A stretch of DNA of 64,000 nucleotides, taken from contig NIVC01003635.1 in assembly GCA_002269645.1 (NCBI GenBank), positions 22,634 to 86,633 of the forward strand, written 5' to 3'. This document shows, one piece after another, positions 35,515-47,364 of the stretch (position 1 is its first letter; each line of letters opens with the position of its first letter). A model generated the notes under the pieces. The model did no database searches. It saw only the letters and a list, made by a program, of their open reading frames with translations, and was not told the DNA's origin. Origin of the DNA: Macrostomum lignano (taxonomy: Eukaryota). A program made the translations under genes and the position numbers.

Positions 35515-38500
35515 CATGTATGAGTGGCGGTCAGGCCGGTGCACGACTGAGAGCGGGGCCCGCCTGTACACCCAGGCCCCCTGCAGCTGTTGCAGGGGAG
35601 TTTTTCCACAGCCAACCAGTTTAATCTGACTCAAACCCTCCTTCTCGTTAAGTATAAATAACTATGGTTAACAATAATTATACACAAGGTCTCTTTGCTC
35701 GCTTGCTACACTACATGTAGCTGCCACTCGCAAGCCGCTATACATTGTGAGCCCTATACGCAGCCATTTCGTGCAAAGGCCCCACAAACCGACTCTGCTG
35801 TGTCCCAGCTGAAACTGCCCACGTTTTGGGCGGTCCAGCCTCGAGCATGGTTCACCCAGGCCGAAGATCAGTTCACCCTGAGAGACAGCACTCAGGACGA
35901 AACAAAGGTACGCCCATCCAGTCGCAGCTCTTGACCAGCAGACAGCAGAGCGTCTGCTCGATGTGCTCGAGGCTCCTCCGGAGGCGAACAAGGTGCGCTA
36001 AGCTAAAGGAGCGCCGCAACAGCACTTTCGATTCAACTCCTCAGCAGCGAGCCAGCCTCCTGCTCAGCATGTCCGGCCTATGCGACCGGCGGCCTTCCGA
36101 GCTGATGGACGAGATGCTCGCCCTGCTCGAGAACGACCGCCCCTGCCTGCTGTTCGAGGAGCTGTTCCGCCAGGCGCCAGCAGCTGCCACCGGAGGTACG
36201 CATGGCCATGACAACCGGCAGTTTTGCGGACCCCCGGGGCAGCAGCGCAGCAGGCGGACAAGATCTGGGCCAGCCAGCCGAAGCTGGTCGCGGCCTCCGT
36301 CCAGCAGCCGGCGGCAGACCCAGCCCAGCAAGCCCAGCCGGCGGTCTCTGCGGCCAGCAAGGGCGCCAGACAGAGACGGCTCCAGCAACACCGCCCGGAC
36401 GGCAGCCTCACGGTGCCAGGACTTCGGCATCCGGCGCTGCTCCTGGCCGTTTAATCTGGCCGAGGTCTCCGCCCGCTGATCGGCGACGACTTTCTTACGG
36501 CACCAAGGCCTGCTGGTGGACCTGTCGCACCAGCGCCTCCTGGACGCCCGCTCGCTCGCCAGCGTGCACCTGCTGGACGGCGCGGGGCCCAGACTGCAGC
36601 TCGCCGCAGCCGCCGCTGCGGACCCGTACAGCCAGCTGCTTGCCGAGTTCCCCGCCCTCACCGAGCCCAGTTTCCAGCGGGCTGATCCAGCCAACGACGA
36701 CATGGGGTGGAGCATCACATCCCGACGCAGGGCCCGCCGGTCCACGCCCGCCCTCGCCGCCTGCCGCTGCAGCTGGCGGTGGCCAAGGAGGAGTGCCGGC
36801 TCCTGGAGCAGCTCGGCATCGAGCGCCGGTCCAACAGCCCTTGGTCCTCGCCGTTGCACATGGTTGCATCCGGCGGCTGGCGGCCCTGCGGCGATTTCAG
36901 GCGGCTCATCGACGCCACGGTGCCCCGCTACTCGCGGTGCCGCACATCCAGGACTTCTCAGCGCGCCTGGCCGGCTGCTTGGACTTCTCCAAGATCGATT
37001 TCGTGCGTGGCTACCACCAGGTGCCTGTGGCCGTAGTTGACGTGCCCAAGACCGCTGTCACCACCTCGTTCGGCCTCCTCGAGGTCCTGCGAATGCCGTT
37101 CGGCCTTAAAAACGTCAACCAGGCCTTCCAGACTTCGTTTTCGCCTACATCAACGACTTCTTGGTCGCTAGCCGCAGCCCGCAGCAGCACATGGTCCTCG
37201 CCGTCACATGGTGCACCTGCGGACGCTGTTCCAGCGCCTGGCCGAGAACGGCCTTATCGTCAACCCGGCCAAGTGCGAGTTCGGCCGCAGCGAGATCGAC
37301 TTCCTCGGCCACCGGATCAGCGCCCAGGGGGCCGTGCCGCTGCCCGCCAAAGTCGACGCCATCGCCATGTTCGCACCACCAGCCACCGTCAAGAGCCGCC
37401 GGCATGGTGAATTTCTACCACCGCTTCGTGCCGCGCGCCGCCCAGCTGCTGCGCCCCATCCATGCGGCCATGGCCGGCAAAGAGAAGTTCGTCCGGTGGA
37501 CGCCCAAGCTGACCGCCGCTTTCGACGGAGCGAAGCGGGCGCTGGCCTCCGCCGCCATGCTGGCGCACCCGCGGCCATACGACGCCTCCGATACCGCAGT
37601 CGGCGCGGCGCTCGAGCAGCGGGTTGGTAGCCTTGTTCGCCCTGTACCTGGCGGTCCGGCACTTTCACTATTTTCTCGAGGGCCGCGCGTTTACCGCTTT
37701 CACGGACCACAAGCCGCTGGTCGCCGCTATGTCCAAGACGTCTGACCCGTTGTCCGCCAGACAGCAGCGCCACCTGGCCTACGTGTCCGAGTTCACCACG
37801 GACATCCAGCACGTGGCGGGCAAGGATAACTCGGTCGCAGACGCGCTGTCCCGCTGCACGGTCTCTTCGGTGCAGCCCCGGCTGCTCCCCGGCGTGGATT
37901 TCGGGGCAATGGCGCAGGCGCAGGCCAGTCAGGCCGACGCCAGCCTCCAACTTGAGCCGCTGCAGCTCAGCCCCGGTGTCGCCCTGCGTTGCGACATCTC
38001 CACGGGCCGGCCGCGCCCGTTGGTGCCGCCGAATTTCCGACGCTCCGTTTTTGACGCTTCCACGGTCTCGCCCACCTGTCCGTCCGCAGCACGAGGCGCC
38101 TCGTGGCCGCCAAGTTCGTGTGGGCCGGCATGAGCAAGGACGTCAGCCGTTTGGCTCGGTCCAGTGTCGCCTCCGCTGGCCAAGGTGCACCGGCACGTCG
38201 CCGCCCCGGTTGGCAACATCCGCGTTCCGGACCAGCGCTTCGCCCATGTGCACGTCGACCTGGTGGGGCTGCTGTCACCTTCGCAAGGCTTCACGCACCT
38301 GCTGACCATCGTGGACCGTTTCACCTGGTGGCCGGAGGCTATCCCGATGACCGACACCTCCGCGGCCGCGTGCGCCTCCGCCTTCATCGCCGATTGGATC
38401 GCCAGGTTCGGCGTGCCGAGCGATATCACATCGGATCGCGGCTCGCAGTTCACGTCGCAGCTGTGGTCCAACGTCTTACGACTCCTCGAAATGCAGCTCC

Positions 38501-39060
38501 ACCGGACAACGGCTTTCCATCCGCAGGCGAACAGGCTGATCGAACGATTCCACCGGCAGCTGAAGGCCTCCCTCATGGCGCGACTGGCCGCATCAGCCTG
38601 GGTCAGCGAGCTGCCCTGGGTGCTGCTCGGCATCCGGACGGCCCCCAAGGAGAACCTGCCGGCATCGTCGGCCGAGATGGTCTACGGTGCGCCCCTCTGC
38701 GTGCCCGGCGAGTGCCTGCAGCCCAGCCCGCCGCCCGTCGACCACGACCAGTTTCTCGCCCGGCTCCGCGGTGCCGTCCAGGCATTCCGGCCAACGCCGA
38801 CGTCCCGTCACAGCAGCCGCCCCACCTCCTGGTCCGCCGCCCTCGACGCCTGCCAGTTCATCTTCATCCGGCGCGATGGCCGCCGCCCCCCGCTGCAGCG
38901 ACCTTACGACGGCCCGTTCAAGGTCCTCGAGCGGGACACCAAAGCTTTAATTCCTGCTGGATTTGGGCACTCGCCGCGACTGGGTGTCAGTGGAGAGGCT
39001 GAAGCCAGCCGTCATCGACGCGAACGACCCTGTCCCGACGCCGGCTCTGCGACCGAGAGT
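35515..39060 (+). mobile_element. Decayed Ty3/Gypsy retrotransposon (gag-PR-RT-RH-IN), 3'-truncated
   Basis: Gag LKLPTFWAVQPRAWFTQAEDQF; RT SPWSSPLHMV, RPCGDFRRL, RMPFGLKN; RH FTDHKPL, GKDNSVADALSR; IN VHVDLVG, IVDRFT, ITSDRGSQF, PYDGPF; many frameshifts; 5' LTR boundary uncertain. Confidence 0.9.
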
Positions 39061-39419
39061 ATTGGGAAAATATAGTGTATTTTTGTGTATTGATTATTAT
39101 TTAATTACTAGTTGGAATAAACTTAGGTATGTATTTTTACAATTGATTATTACTTTTCTACCGTATGATTCCAGGAATTCGTTTCGTATTTAAACCGCGG
39201 GTAGAATTCAATTTTGTACTTCTTTTTTCCCGTCGTTTCGCGCCGCCTCCTGATTGGTCCAAGTCGTATTTCTATTAGTCAGTCATAATATTTATTCCTT
39301 TAGTTCAACCAATTTAGATATATAGAATATCAAAGTATCAAATCGTTAAATAAAAATAAATATACTCGTAAATAATTGGCCGTCTGAACGTGAACTAATA
39401 AACCGCTACACCAAAGCTT

Positions 39420-39600
39420 TTTGCATATATGGTAGACTTGTGCAGTGTATGGTTTTGTAGGTAGACAAAGATAAATTTTTCACGAGTGGCGAAGCCACGA
39501 GAGTGACTGAAATTAATCATTGACAAAACCATATATCCACAAGCACATTGTCTCATGAATGTATTTTTAGTGGCTTTGAATAACATATGGTTTTGAAACG
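39420..39600. mobile_element. Possible non-autonomous Crypton-type terminal fragment
   Basis: CACGAGTGGCGAAGCCACGAGAGTG (39481-39505) matches in reverse complement the hairpin core at 47070-47093; flanking TATGG/CCATA motifs. Confidence 0.45.
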
Positions 39601-40359
39601 TTGAATATGAGCGTACAGTATACTACACATGTATGTATTTTTTCAAAGACCTATAATTTCACATCATACATATACTTCTCAGCTAGCTAACCACAGATAC
39701 TATAAACACTAGATAGGCCACTCAGGCTAATTTTCTGGGCAAGTTTTTTATTCTACTTTCTGCTTAGTAGCAATGAAAGGAAGCAACAGTATTATTTGCT
39801 AAATTAGACAAATCAAGTGACTGTTTTTGAGACATCGTTTTGCTAACGCCATAAACAACTAACTTGTTTTGTGCAGTAATGGTGTACATTAAGACGCGAC
39901 AGACAGTGTACAATGCCGCTATCTTTCAAAGTGGAGGAAGGGGGGTAGTCTGGAATAGGGTTAATATCAGTTTCGTATAAGGAAGGGTGAGTGGATCGAT
40001 AATTTAGGCCCACTGGTGGTGGGATAGAAAATAAAGGACTGCAAATAGCTAGCCTGGGTTAGGGGTGGGGGTTTAGAGGTTGTGGGTTAGAAAATTTGGG
40101 GTGGCGAATCGTGCTTAAATACAAGCTTATATATAGATGAACAGGACAAGATTCAGAGTTAAAGAAAGTTCGAGTGCATACTAGCTTTTCTATCTAATCT
40201 CGTACTCGAGAAATGTTTTGATTCGAACCACTGCTGTGCTCCCACTTGCACGAGCTCTGTACTAGTGCTATTAACATCCGAGAAAGAAAATCCGTTGCGA
40301 ATGCATAAATTACCAAAAGATGACACTGGCAAAGCGCTGGCAGCAGCTACTGCAGGAGC

Positions 40360-41200
40360 GTGGATATTGACCTTTATAAACAATTAAATCACGGGGCCTA
40401 CGTGTGTTCAGCTTGCACTTTATGGACGAGGCCTACTGCTGCCTTACAAAGTGCCACGGATGTGCAAGACGTCTGTTTTCGCTGGGACGCAATCCCACAC
40501 CAAGAGTTGATGCTGCCTCGGCTCGTTCAAATAGACCAGCTACCAGCTCTGTGCAAAGGACTGATAAACGACGAAGAGGCAGACGACATGTACCCTCCAG
40601 TGCTGGGGCCTATTAGCAATCTATTTGCAGCCGAGCCTGCGACTTGCCTGCTGCCAGTGCTGTGGCAGAGCAACCTTCGGCTACCAGATTCTGCGCCGAG
40701 AACAGCTGTTGCGGCTGAAAGCTCTCACCTCTGCAGCCGATTCGCGGGTTCCAAGCGCTAGAGGCAACGATCAAGCGGCTGCAGCAACGATCCCGAAAGC
40801 GACAGGCAAATCAAGCGGCTGCAGCAGCAACTCTCGATGGTCAAGGCAAGTGCAGCGCAGTCGTGCATCCATGGACTGTGGAGGCGTGGCTAGCGCAGCT
40901 TCCAGCGGTCGACTGGGCGGCAGGGCGCTCGCAGTCAGGGGTGCTCTGGTCAAAGGATGTCATCTCATCAGCAGCTCATTGCAGCTGCACCACAAAAGTC
41001 CTGCTGCTTATCGGCTGCCTGTTACGAAACCACTGAGGATTGGCTCTCCATAGGATACATCCCTGGACTTAGAAGAGGCGCATTCGCCAGTTTTTTTAAT
41101 CTGTTGGGCCGTGCTGAATGCTGCCTCTGAACAAGGGCGACTGGCGACCCCCTGTTCTTCGACAGCACGCTGCGAGTTTCATAAACAGATGAGCTGATTA
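40360..41200 (+). pseudogene. P-element-like transposase remnant
   Basis: Cys-rich segment, coiled coil IKRLQQQL, then WSKDVISS / LQLHHKSPAAYRL / LRNH.GLAL, resembling the P-type transposase motif; frameshifted. Confidence 0.5.
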
Positions 41201-41843
41201 AGATGAGAAATCTTTCTATTTTGCTACACGAATATGGATTATGGAGTATATGATATAGCTCGTATTTGCTAAATATACAATAGTTGACTGCAATAATATA
41301 GCCTTCAATGCAATCTAAAGCATTCACAACGTTGCTTTGAATTGTAGAAAGTATAATTATAAGTTTCTTTTTGCAAATAAAATCAATATAATTGCTGCAT
41401 TGCATTCATCTGTTTTTTATTTAAAAAAAATATAAATAACGCTAAAATGTTTTTACTACTACTAAGCAGAAAGTAGAGTAAACTGTCGTGTTGTGAAAAT
41501 TAGCTGGAGTGGCCTATCTAGTGTTTATAGTATCTGTGTAGCTAACTGCCCAAAATATTTTAATTTCATGGTTGCTCTGCAGACCCCTTTTGGCCATAGA
41601 CAATGAAAATAAAAGTCTTCAACAGCTTGATTCTCACACCCTAGGGGTTAAACCGCTTGCTCCTTGGGCTCAATTTGGTTTGGAAAGTGCATGCAAATGC
41701 AATATTTGTTACAATTTATTGATCTATCGTCCTTTTCTACAGAAGATTCCGTGGAAAATATGTTATACTCGTAGTTTCACTGGTCTGGAATTGACACTTC
41801 GATAACAATTTCTTCACAGATTATTATTTTGCAAATTCGGAAA

Positions 41844-41916
41844 ATGAAAACAGCGTGTCTCCATCAGGTGCTGCTGCTCCTACCGCTCGTGGAGTTAATT
41901 CTGCTGACGATTGTTG
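41844..41916 (+). CDS. Secreted EGF-like peptide exon 1 (signal peptide)
   Basis: MKTACLHQVLLLLPLVELILLTIV + G|GTGAGC donor, phase 1. Confidence 0.65.
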
Positions 41917-42566
41917 GTGAGCAGGCAAATTCGATCAGTGCAGGTCCCTACTGCTTCTGAAAGCAGAGTTAACACACAAATATACGTACAGGGCACATGC
42001 ACCATTTAGTCTGCAGATAGGGTGATTTTCAGAACTATACGAGTACTATAGTCACGATATATACTACGAGAGCAGCTATACCAGTCACAAATGTACAAAT
42101 CATTAGCTGACTAACCTACCCCAATACTTAAAAGTTCATGTACATTACTTTTATTACCGCCGTTAAAGCTTCTAACCATGGATACTATTTTACTTTTAAC
42201 ATAATCGTTTAAAACATGCGAAACATGAGAGACATGCGAAAAATGATCAAGCGGTGTACTTACATATGTAACGCACCTCTTATAAATAATAATTAAAAAT
42301 TGTATTTATACAGCCGCTGAAGGTACCACTGAAGCCACCATCTGGAACTAGATGAATTACCTGTGTCATCTTATGCATGAAAGTTTAGCAGTAGACAACT
42401 GGCAATTCGAAAATGCTCTCAGTCGCGCTTTCGCGTCAGATCGGTCACATCCGCTTTTAAAAACATTGCTTTAGGTAAACCCTCTCTGTACTATATTATA
42501 ATAGGTCTGTATCGGCCCTTAGCTACTTATGAATACGAGAAATCTCAAATGGGATACCGCATACTA

Positions 42567-42787
42567 GTGACAATTGACTGTCAGTGACAACTGACTGTCA
42601 GTGACAATTGACTGTCAGTGACATTTGACTGTCAGTGACAATTGACTGTCAGTGACAACTGACTGTCAGTGACAATTGACTGTCAGTGACATTTGACTGT
42701 CAGTGACAATTGACTGTCAGTGACAATTGACTGTCAGTGACATTTGACTGTCAGTGACATTTGACTTCCAGTGAAATTTGACTGCCA
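42567..42787. repeat. 17-bp tandem repeat (GTGACAATTGACTGTCA), intronic
   Basis: About 13 quasi-palindromic units. Confidence 0.92.
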
Positions 42788-43282
42788 GCAATGTGACTCC
42801 TATGAATGGCGCAGCTGCTTCCTTATTTTGGCGCTGAAGCACTTCGTCAGGGTATGGGGGGGGGGGGTCGAACCTCGCAAGAAATTTCGAGATCATCCAC
42901 GCCTGCAGGGCGTCAAATCTTACCTGCGACACAAGAAAGTGCATGGTGTACTATTTAAAATCCCGCCCGTGGGCACCGATAAGCGCCAAACTCTCTACGT
43001 AAGCTGTGGCGCCAGTTACGGTGTTATAAGCTCGCCTGCAGCGCTAAAATCTCAATGAAGTGATAAAATGACCCCTGATGAAGGAAAGCAGTTGAAACCT
43101 TCCCAAGAGAAAGCTAAATCCGCGTCCCTGCATGTGACCCCTGGCTGACGTGAACCCTCCCGCAGACAAAAGTACATGCACAAGCACATGCCACTTTTAT
43201 AGTCTATATTTGACGCTACAATTGCGACATTAAAAGTTGAGATAGTGAAATTTTTCAGAAAGAGATGAAATTCACAGAGAAA

Positions 43283-43513
43283 GTTACAGGAGGGCTGTGT
43301 GGGCACCCTGTCGCAAAGGACTTGGGGGTTGCCACACACAGCCTCAATTACCTCAGCTAATGCTGGCACTCATTTTACAGCTGGGTGAACTGAAGCAATG
43401 CAGAGTTAAGTGTCTTGCTCAGGGACACAAATTGTTCCGAGTGGGTCGAGAATCGAACCCCCGACCTTTCAGCCGTGATTCGGACGCTCTAACCGCTAGA
43501 CTACGACCACCGG
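43283..43513 (-). mobile_element. tRNA-derived SINE
   Basis: A box TAGTCTAGCGG, B box GGTTCGATTC, then GTGTCCCTGAGCAAGACAC and CACCCAGCTGTAAAATGAGT core-like motifs. Confidence 0.8.
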
Positions 43514-43675
43514 ATTGATGATCAACATGTAGCTGCTACTACAAGAGTAGCATAGTTTGCGTGTTTTGGCATAAAAATTCAGAAAATTTCTCCCTATGTG
43601 CGTAAGAAAGGCGAGAGAGATGATCGACTGAACTATACTTAACCACGCATTTGTGTGCCGTTTCGTACTTTCTAG

Positions 43676-43902
43676 CTGAAGGCCACCCGCTGGTTGACCT
43701 CCGCAAAGTGTCATGCAAGCCGTATGAGCAAATCTACTGCTCAAACGGCGGCAGCTGCACCGTGACGGTGATCTGGTCGCTGCTGTTCAGCCGAATCGTA
43801 AAGCGAATCGACCGGCCGACCTGCGAGTGTCCGATTGGCTACAGCGGCTACAACTGCGACATCCCAGAGCTGCCGCCTTACCTACTCTCGTACTTGCATT
43901 AG
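43676..43902 (+). CDS. Secreted EGF-like peptide exon 2 (single EGF domain); 99 aa in total
   Basis: TTTCTAG|CT GAA phase 1; C-x7-CSNGGSC-x21-CEC-PIGYSGYN-C. Confidence 0.8.
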
Positions 43903-44278
43903 ACAGAGTTGCAATGTGGAATTAAATCGATTATTAGTGATATACATAAAGTAGGCGACTATGTACGCGTTTCAAAGTTGGCCTTTCTTTTTGAGAAATA
44001 AAAAACTGTTTCAAGTTCTGCTTTTACGATTTGTCAATATTGCTGTCGTTTGCTGTTGAAGTCGCTGATTCTTTTACGGTGGAGCGGTACGTGATGCCAT
44101 TTTTTTCTCGAGCTGCGGATACTGCGAGAATTTCTCTCCTTCTCAAACCGGCCCACTAATTTATACTTATGCAGCAACATTGAAAAGTCGCTACTCTTTG
44201 CGCCAGTGAGCAATTTCTCTTGGACTATTCTGAAATAAAAGATACGAGAAAACTGATCGGGGTAGCTTTTAACAGTAG

Positions 44279-44565
44279 AACTACCAAGAGGGGGGGGGGT
44301 AATTCCCCACCCCTGACATTTTTTTGCTGCGCCGTATTGGAGCAACGCAGGCACACGAAATTCAAGAACACGCGCCAAATTTTTATTGCGCACCTTCTCA
44401 AACAAGAAGGTCGGATTTTTCCCATAAGCGCCAGTGTATTCAGTACACCCCTGTGCGCCAATCAGCACTGCTGGATATTCTCAGCTAGTATCTCAAGCAT
44501 TCCGTCATCACCCCGACGCCTCGGTACCTTCAAGAAGACAAAAACAGGTCTATGGACACCCAAAG
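44279..44565. repeat. Inverted, internally deleted copy of 50087-50602
   Basis: Three blocks match the reverse complement of about 50473-50602, 50362-50424 and 50087-50158. Confidence 0.85.
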
Positions 44566-45285
44566 AGATGGTTTTTTATTTGCTATCAATTTTAGTTACA
44601 TTAGTTTTACTTGATCTTGAGTGCATACAAAAAAATGGATACTCTTTGTAATTTTTTGTCTCAGCGAAAATTCGGTTTAATTTCCGGTTCAATTAACTAA
44701 TTACGTCATCACGTTTACGTCATTACGTCAGTGTAGTGCTCGTAGTCCGCTTGGCGGGTAAGAGTCTTGGCCTCTAAGAGCCGTATATTTGCGATATATA
44801 TTCACGCAGCTGCCGACGTGCAGCTATGAGTTACGCAATACATTGGCTACGTTGTATTGCGTAAAAGTGTATTGCACGTTGGCTAGAGAGCAAGAGAAAG
44901 GGCATTGCCCAAAATTTCTCCTCATGGCAATGACCCATGGCAATGGCCGGCCATTGCCTAGAATTCCAATTCCAATGCAACCAATTAATTCAAGCCAGTT
45001 TTTATCCAGCATCTTGCAAAGCATATTTTGCATCAGTCAATTCAAAACGTTTATTTTAAGATGTAAATAATTAAACTGGCACAGGAATTGCAAAATCGAC
45101 AGTACAAAAAGCACAGCTGGTGTCAGTATATCATGTAAATTTTTGTCGGTGATGAACATCATACTGGTCGAGCAAAGTACTAAAAGTCATTAAATAAAAA
45201 ATATTAAACTAGACTGTCGTTCTTATTCTTTCAGTAATTCTACGAGTACAATTTGCTGATTCCTGTAGAAGTAAAGATTGCATGC

Positions 45286-45616
45286 CTAATTAAAGGAACA
45301 TCCGTGAAAGGTGCAATTGTTGAAGGCAAACTTCGTACCAACAGAATAGGCAGCTTCAGTGCTAACACTAACCTCCGTCGATACTGCAGTCTCACCGACA
45401 ATCTCAACAGCATCAGCATGTTCGGGTGGCCCAGCTTCTTGCTCTAGATCATGACGATTCAACGCCACCTGAACAGACTCACTCGTCTTTTGAAGCGACC
45501 GGTCGCGACGCTTGGCTAGGTACCTCCTAGTCGTTCGCTCGCTCAGCTGTCCAGTAATGCTCATTATATCGCTCATGCTGTGCCCTGCCGCCTCGAGATC
45601 GCATATTCGCGTGACC
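45286..45616 (-). CDS. Crypton-type tyrosine recombinase exon 2
   Basis: CTAAAACAG|G GTC; VTRICDLEAAGHSMSDIMSITGQLSERTTRRYL, ending FAFNNCTFHGCSFN. Confidence 0.85.
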
Positions 45617-45720
45617 CTGTTTTAGAGTGCAAATTTATATAGTTGGATTCATGAGTAACTGGTAACATAACATGTATCATAACATAATTAAAGTTACTAT
45701 TATTAATTTATCAGTCTTAC

Positions 45721-46775
45721 CGAATGCAATGATTCGTGTAGGTCTTCGCAAGTCCCGCCTTCGTACTCAAGTTTCTCATGAAGCCACTCAGATAATTCTC
45801 TCCACGGTTCTGCTTCGAGGAGAAAACAGGGCCTCCATCGTTGCGGCTGGCCAAAGGACGAGGAAACAGATTGTTGTCCTTCGTTGTAACTGGAAGCAGC
45901 TTGAGGTATTTCTCCACCTTTTCCACGTCGTAAATTCTGGCCTGCTTGTTGTCCGGCTGCTTCTTGGCCTTCTCTGGATCTGCTGACTTATTTTTCGAGG
46001 GCAACGGAGGCAGACAGTAGTACGGCTTTCCATCAGAGTCGACGTGCAATTGAAGTGAGCTTCTATCCTTCAAGAACTTGAGGTGCTCCTGGCCTCGCTC
46101 GCCAAAGCTGTATATGATGTAGAATAAGAATTTGTCCTGCTCAACTTCAGCTGTGCTGCCTTGGAAGTAGATCATCAGCTTCCTCATGTCCCCCTCCTCG
46201 ATTGGCTCAAACTGCTGCGTCCTCCCACCACTCTGGTGAAAGTCTCGAACCTTCACACGCAGCATGCTATTTGCAGAAGAAAAGTCTTCTCCATTGATGA
46301 TGTCAACGGTTAGCTTCTCGATCATTCGCAAATAGCGCTGCAGTCCAGCCCTGATGCACACCAGCGATGCGGGCGAGTAGGGTTCGCCGTCAATCTTCTT
46401 CAGTTTAAAGTAGAAGTAGCGAATGTATTGGTTGAGCACCGAATTCGGAATGGTTTGTAAATTGCGCTGAAGATTTTCCTCTGTGAGGAATGTCTTGAAC
46501 CGCTGTCCATGGCTGATCATCTGCTTCCTGCTGTCTGCTGGTAGGCTGTCAATCTCGGCGATGTCCATGGCGCTGATATCTACGCTGCCTTCCTGCAGGA
46601 GCGGCAGATGCTCATCGGGCTCGGGCTCCTTTTGAATGAATTCGAGAAATCTAGCGAACTCGTCGTCCCTTCTGTCATTGTAAGAAGCCTCCGAAACAAA
46701 ATTCAATTCGTCCTTAGTCACGTTGCCCAGCTCACTGCAGGGCAAATGCTTCCAATTAATGAGCGGTGCCTCCAT
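45721..46775 (-). CDS. Crypton-type (DUF3504-like) tyrosine recombinase exon 1; 461 aa spliced from first ATG
   Basis: YSPASLVCIRAGLQRYL, FGERGQEHL (R), SKNK (K), YTNHCIR (HxxR); donor CG|GTAAGA; frame open upstream to GTG at 46823. Confidence 0.88.
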
Positions 46776-47031
46776 CTCTGCAGCCGTCCGCTTTTCTCTA
46801 TCTGAGATTTGATCTCTAGACACGCAAATATTTATATTTGTAATTAATTTAGGGGTGGGTGCAGAGTAAGGGGTGGGTGACTTCAGATGCGCGACTTAAA
46901 GGTGAGACATAGGCGAGGTGGAGGTAACCTTATCTCAAACCCCCTTAGAAGCATCGACTGATAAGAATTCACGATAGTGTACATAAAGTGCGTAGATTAC
47001 GTAAGAGTTTTGAAATTTTAAGCAATGATGC

Positions 47032-47129
47032 TCATCGGAAGTCAGAGTTTAAGGCAATGGCCTAATTGACACTCGCGGCTACCGCCGCTCGTGTCAAAGG
47101 CCATTGCCTTAAACTCTGACTTCCGATGA
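47032..47129. other. 98-bp hairpin with 32-bp perfect outer arms
   Basis: TCATCGGAAGTCAGAGTTTAAGGCAATGGCCT ... AGGCCATTGCCTTAAACTCTGACTTCCGATGA; inner TTGACAC/GTGTCAA and GCGGC/GCCGC stems. Confidence 0.95.
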
Positions 47130-47364
47130 ACCCTCCATTGTACACGCATAGGCTGCGCACCACATCTCTCCCCCAAAGCAAAAGAAAAGTCCAATACGAG
47201 AGGGTTTAAAATCTCATTGCGAAAATTGGACGAGAAACGATGTGAAGGATAAAAAAAATTAATTAGTAAAACAGTGGCAAAATTTTTTATTTTCGACCGA
47301 TTAAATACTTAAACAATTAAAGCATGCCGATCTTTGACAGCGTTCCCGCTCAGTTCGAATCAAG

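Larger units (their letters stand above)
44880..47130 (-). mobile_element. Putative Crypton-type tyrosine-recombinase transposon (ends approximate)
   Basis: Single YR gene, no TIR/TSD, flanked on both sides by GGCAATGGCC/GGCCATTGCC inverted pairs. Confidence 0.6.

Noticed and set aside
43075-43140. Hammerhead ribozyme (CTGATGA...GAAAC)
   Set aside because: Could not form stems I and III or place a GUH cleavage triplet.
43430-43513. tRNA gene
   Set aside because: A/B boxes run into SINE core sequence; no complete cloverleaf or terminator.
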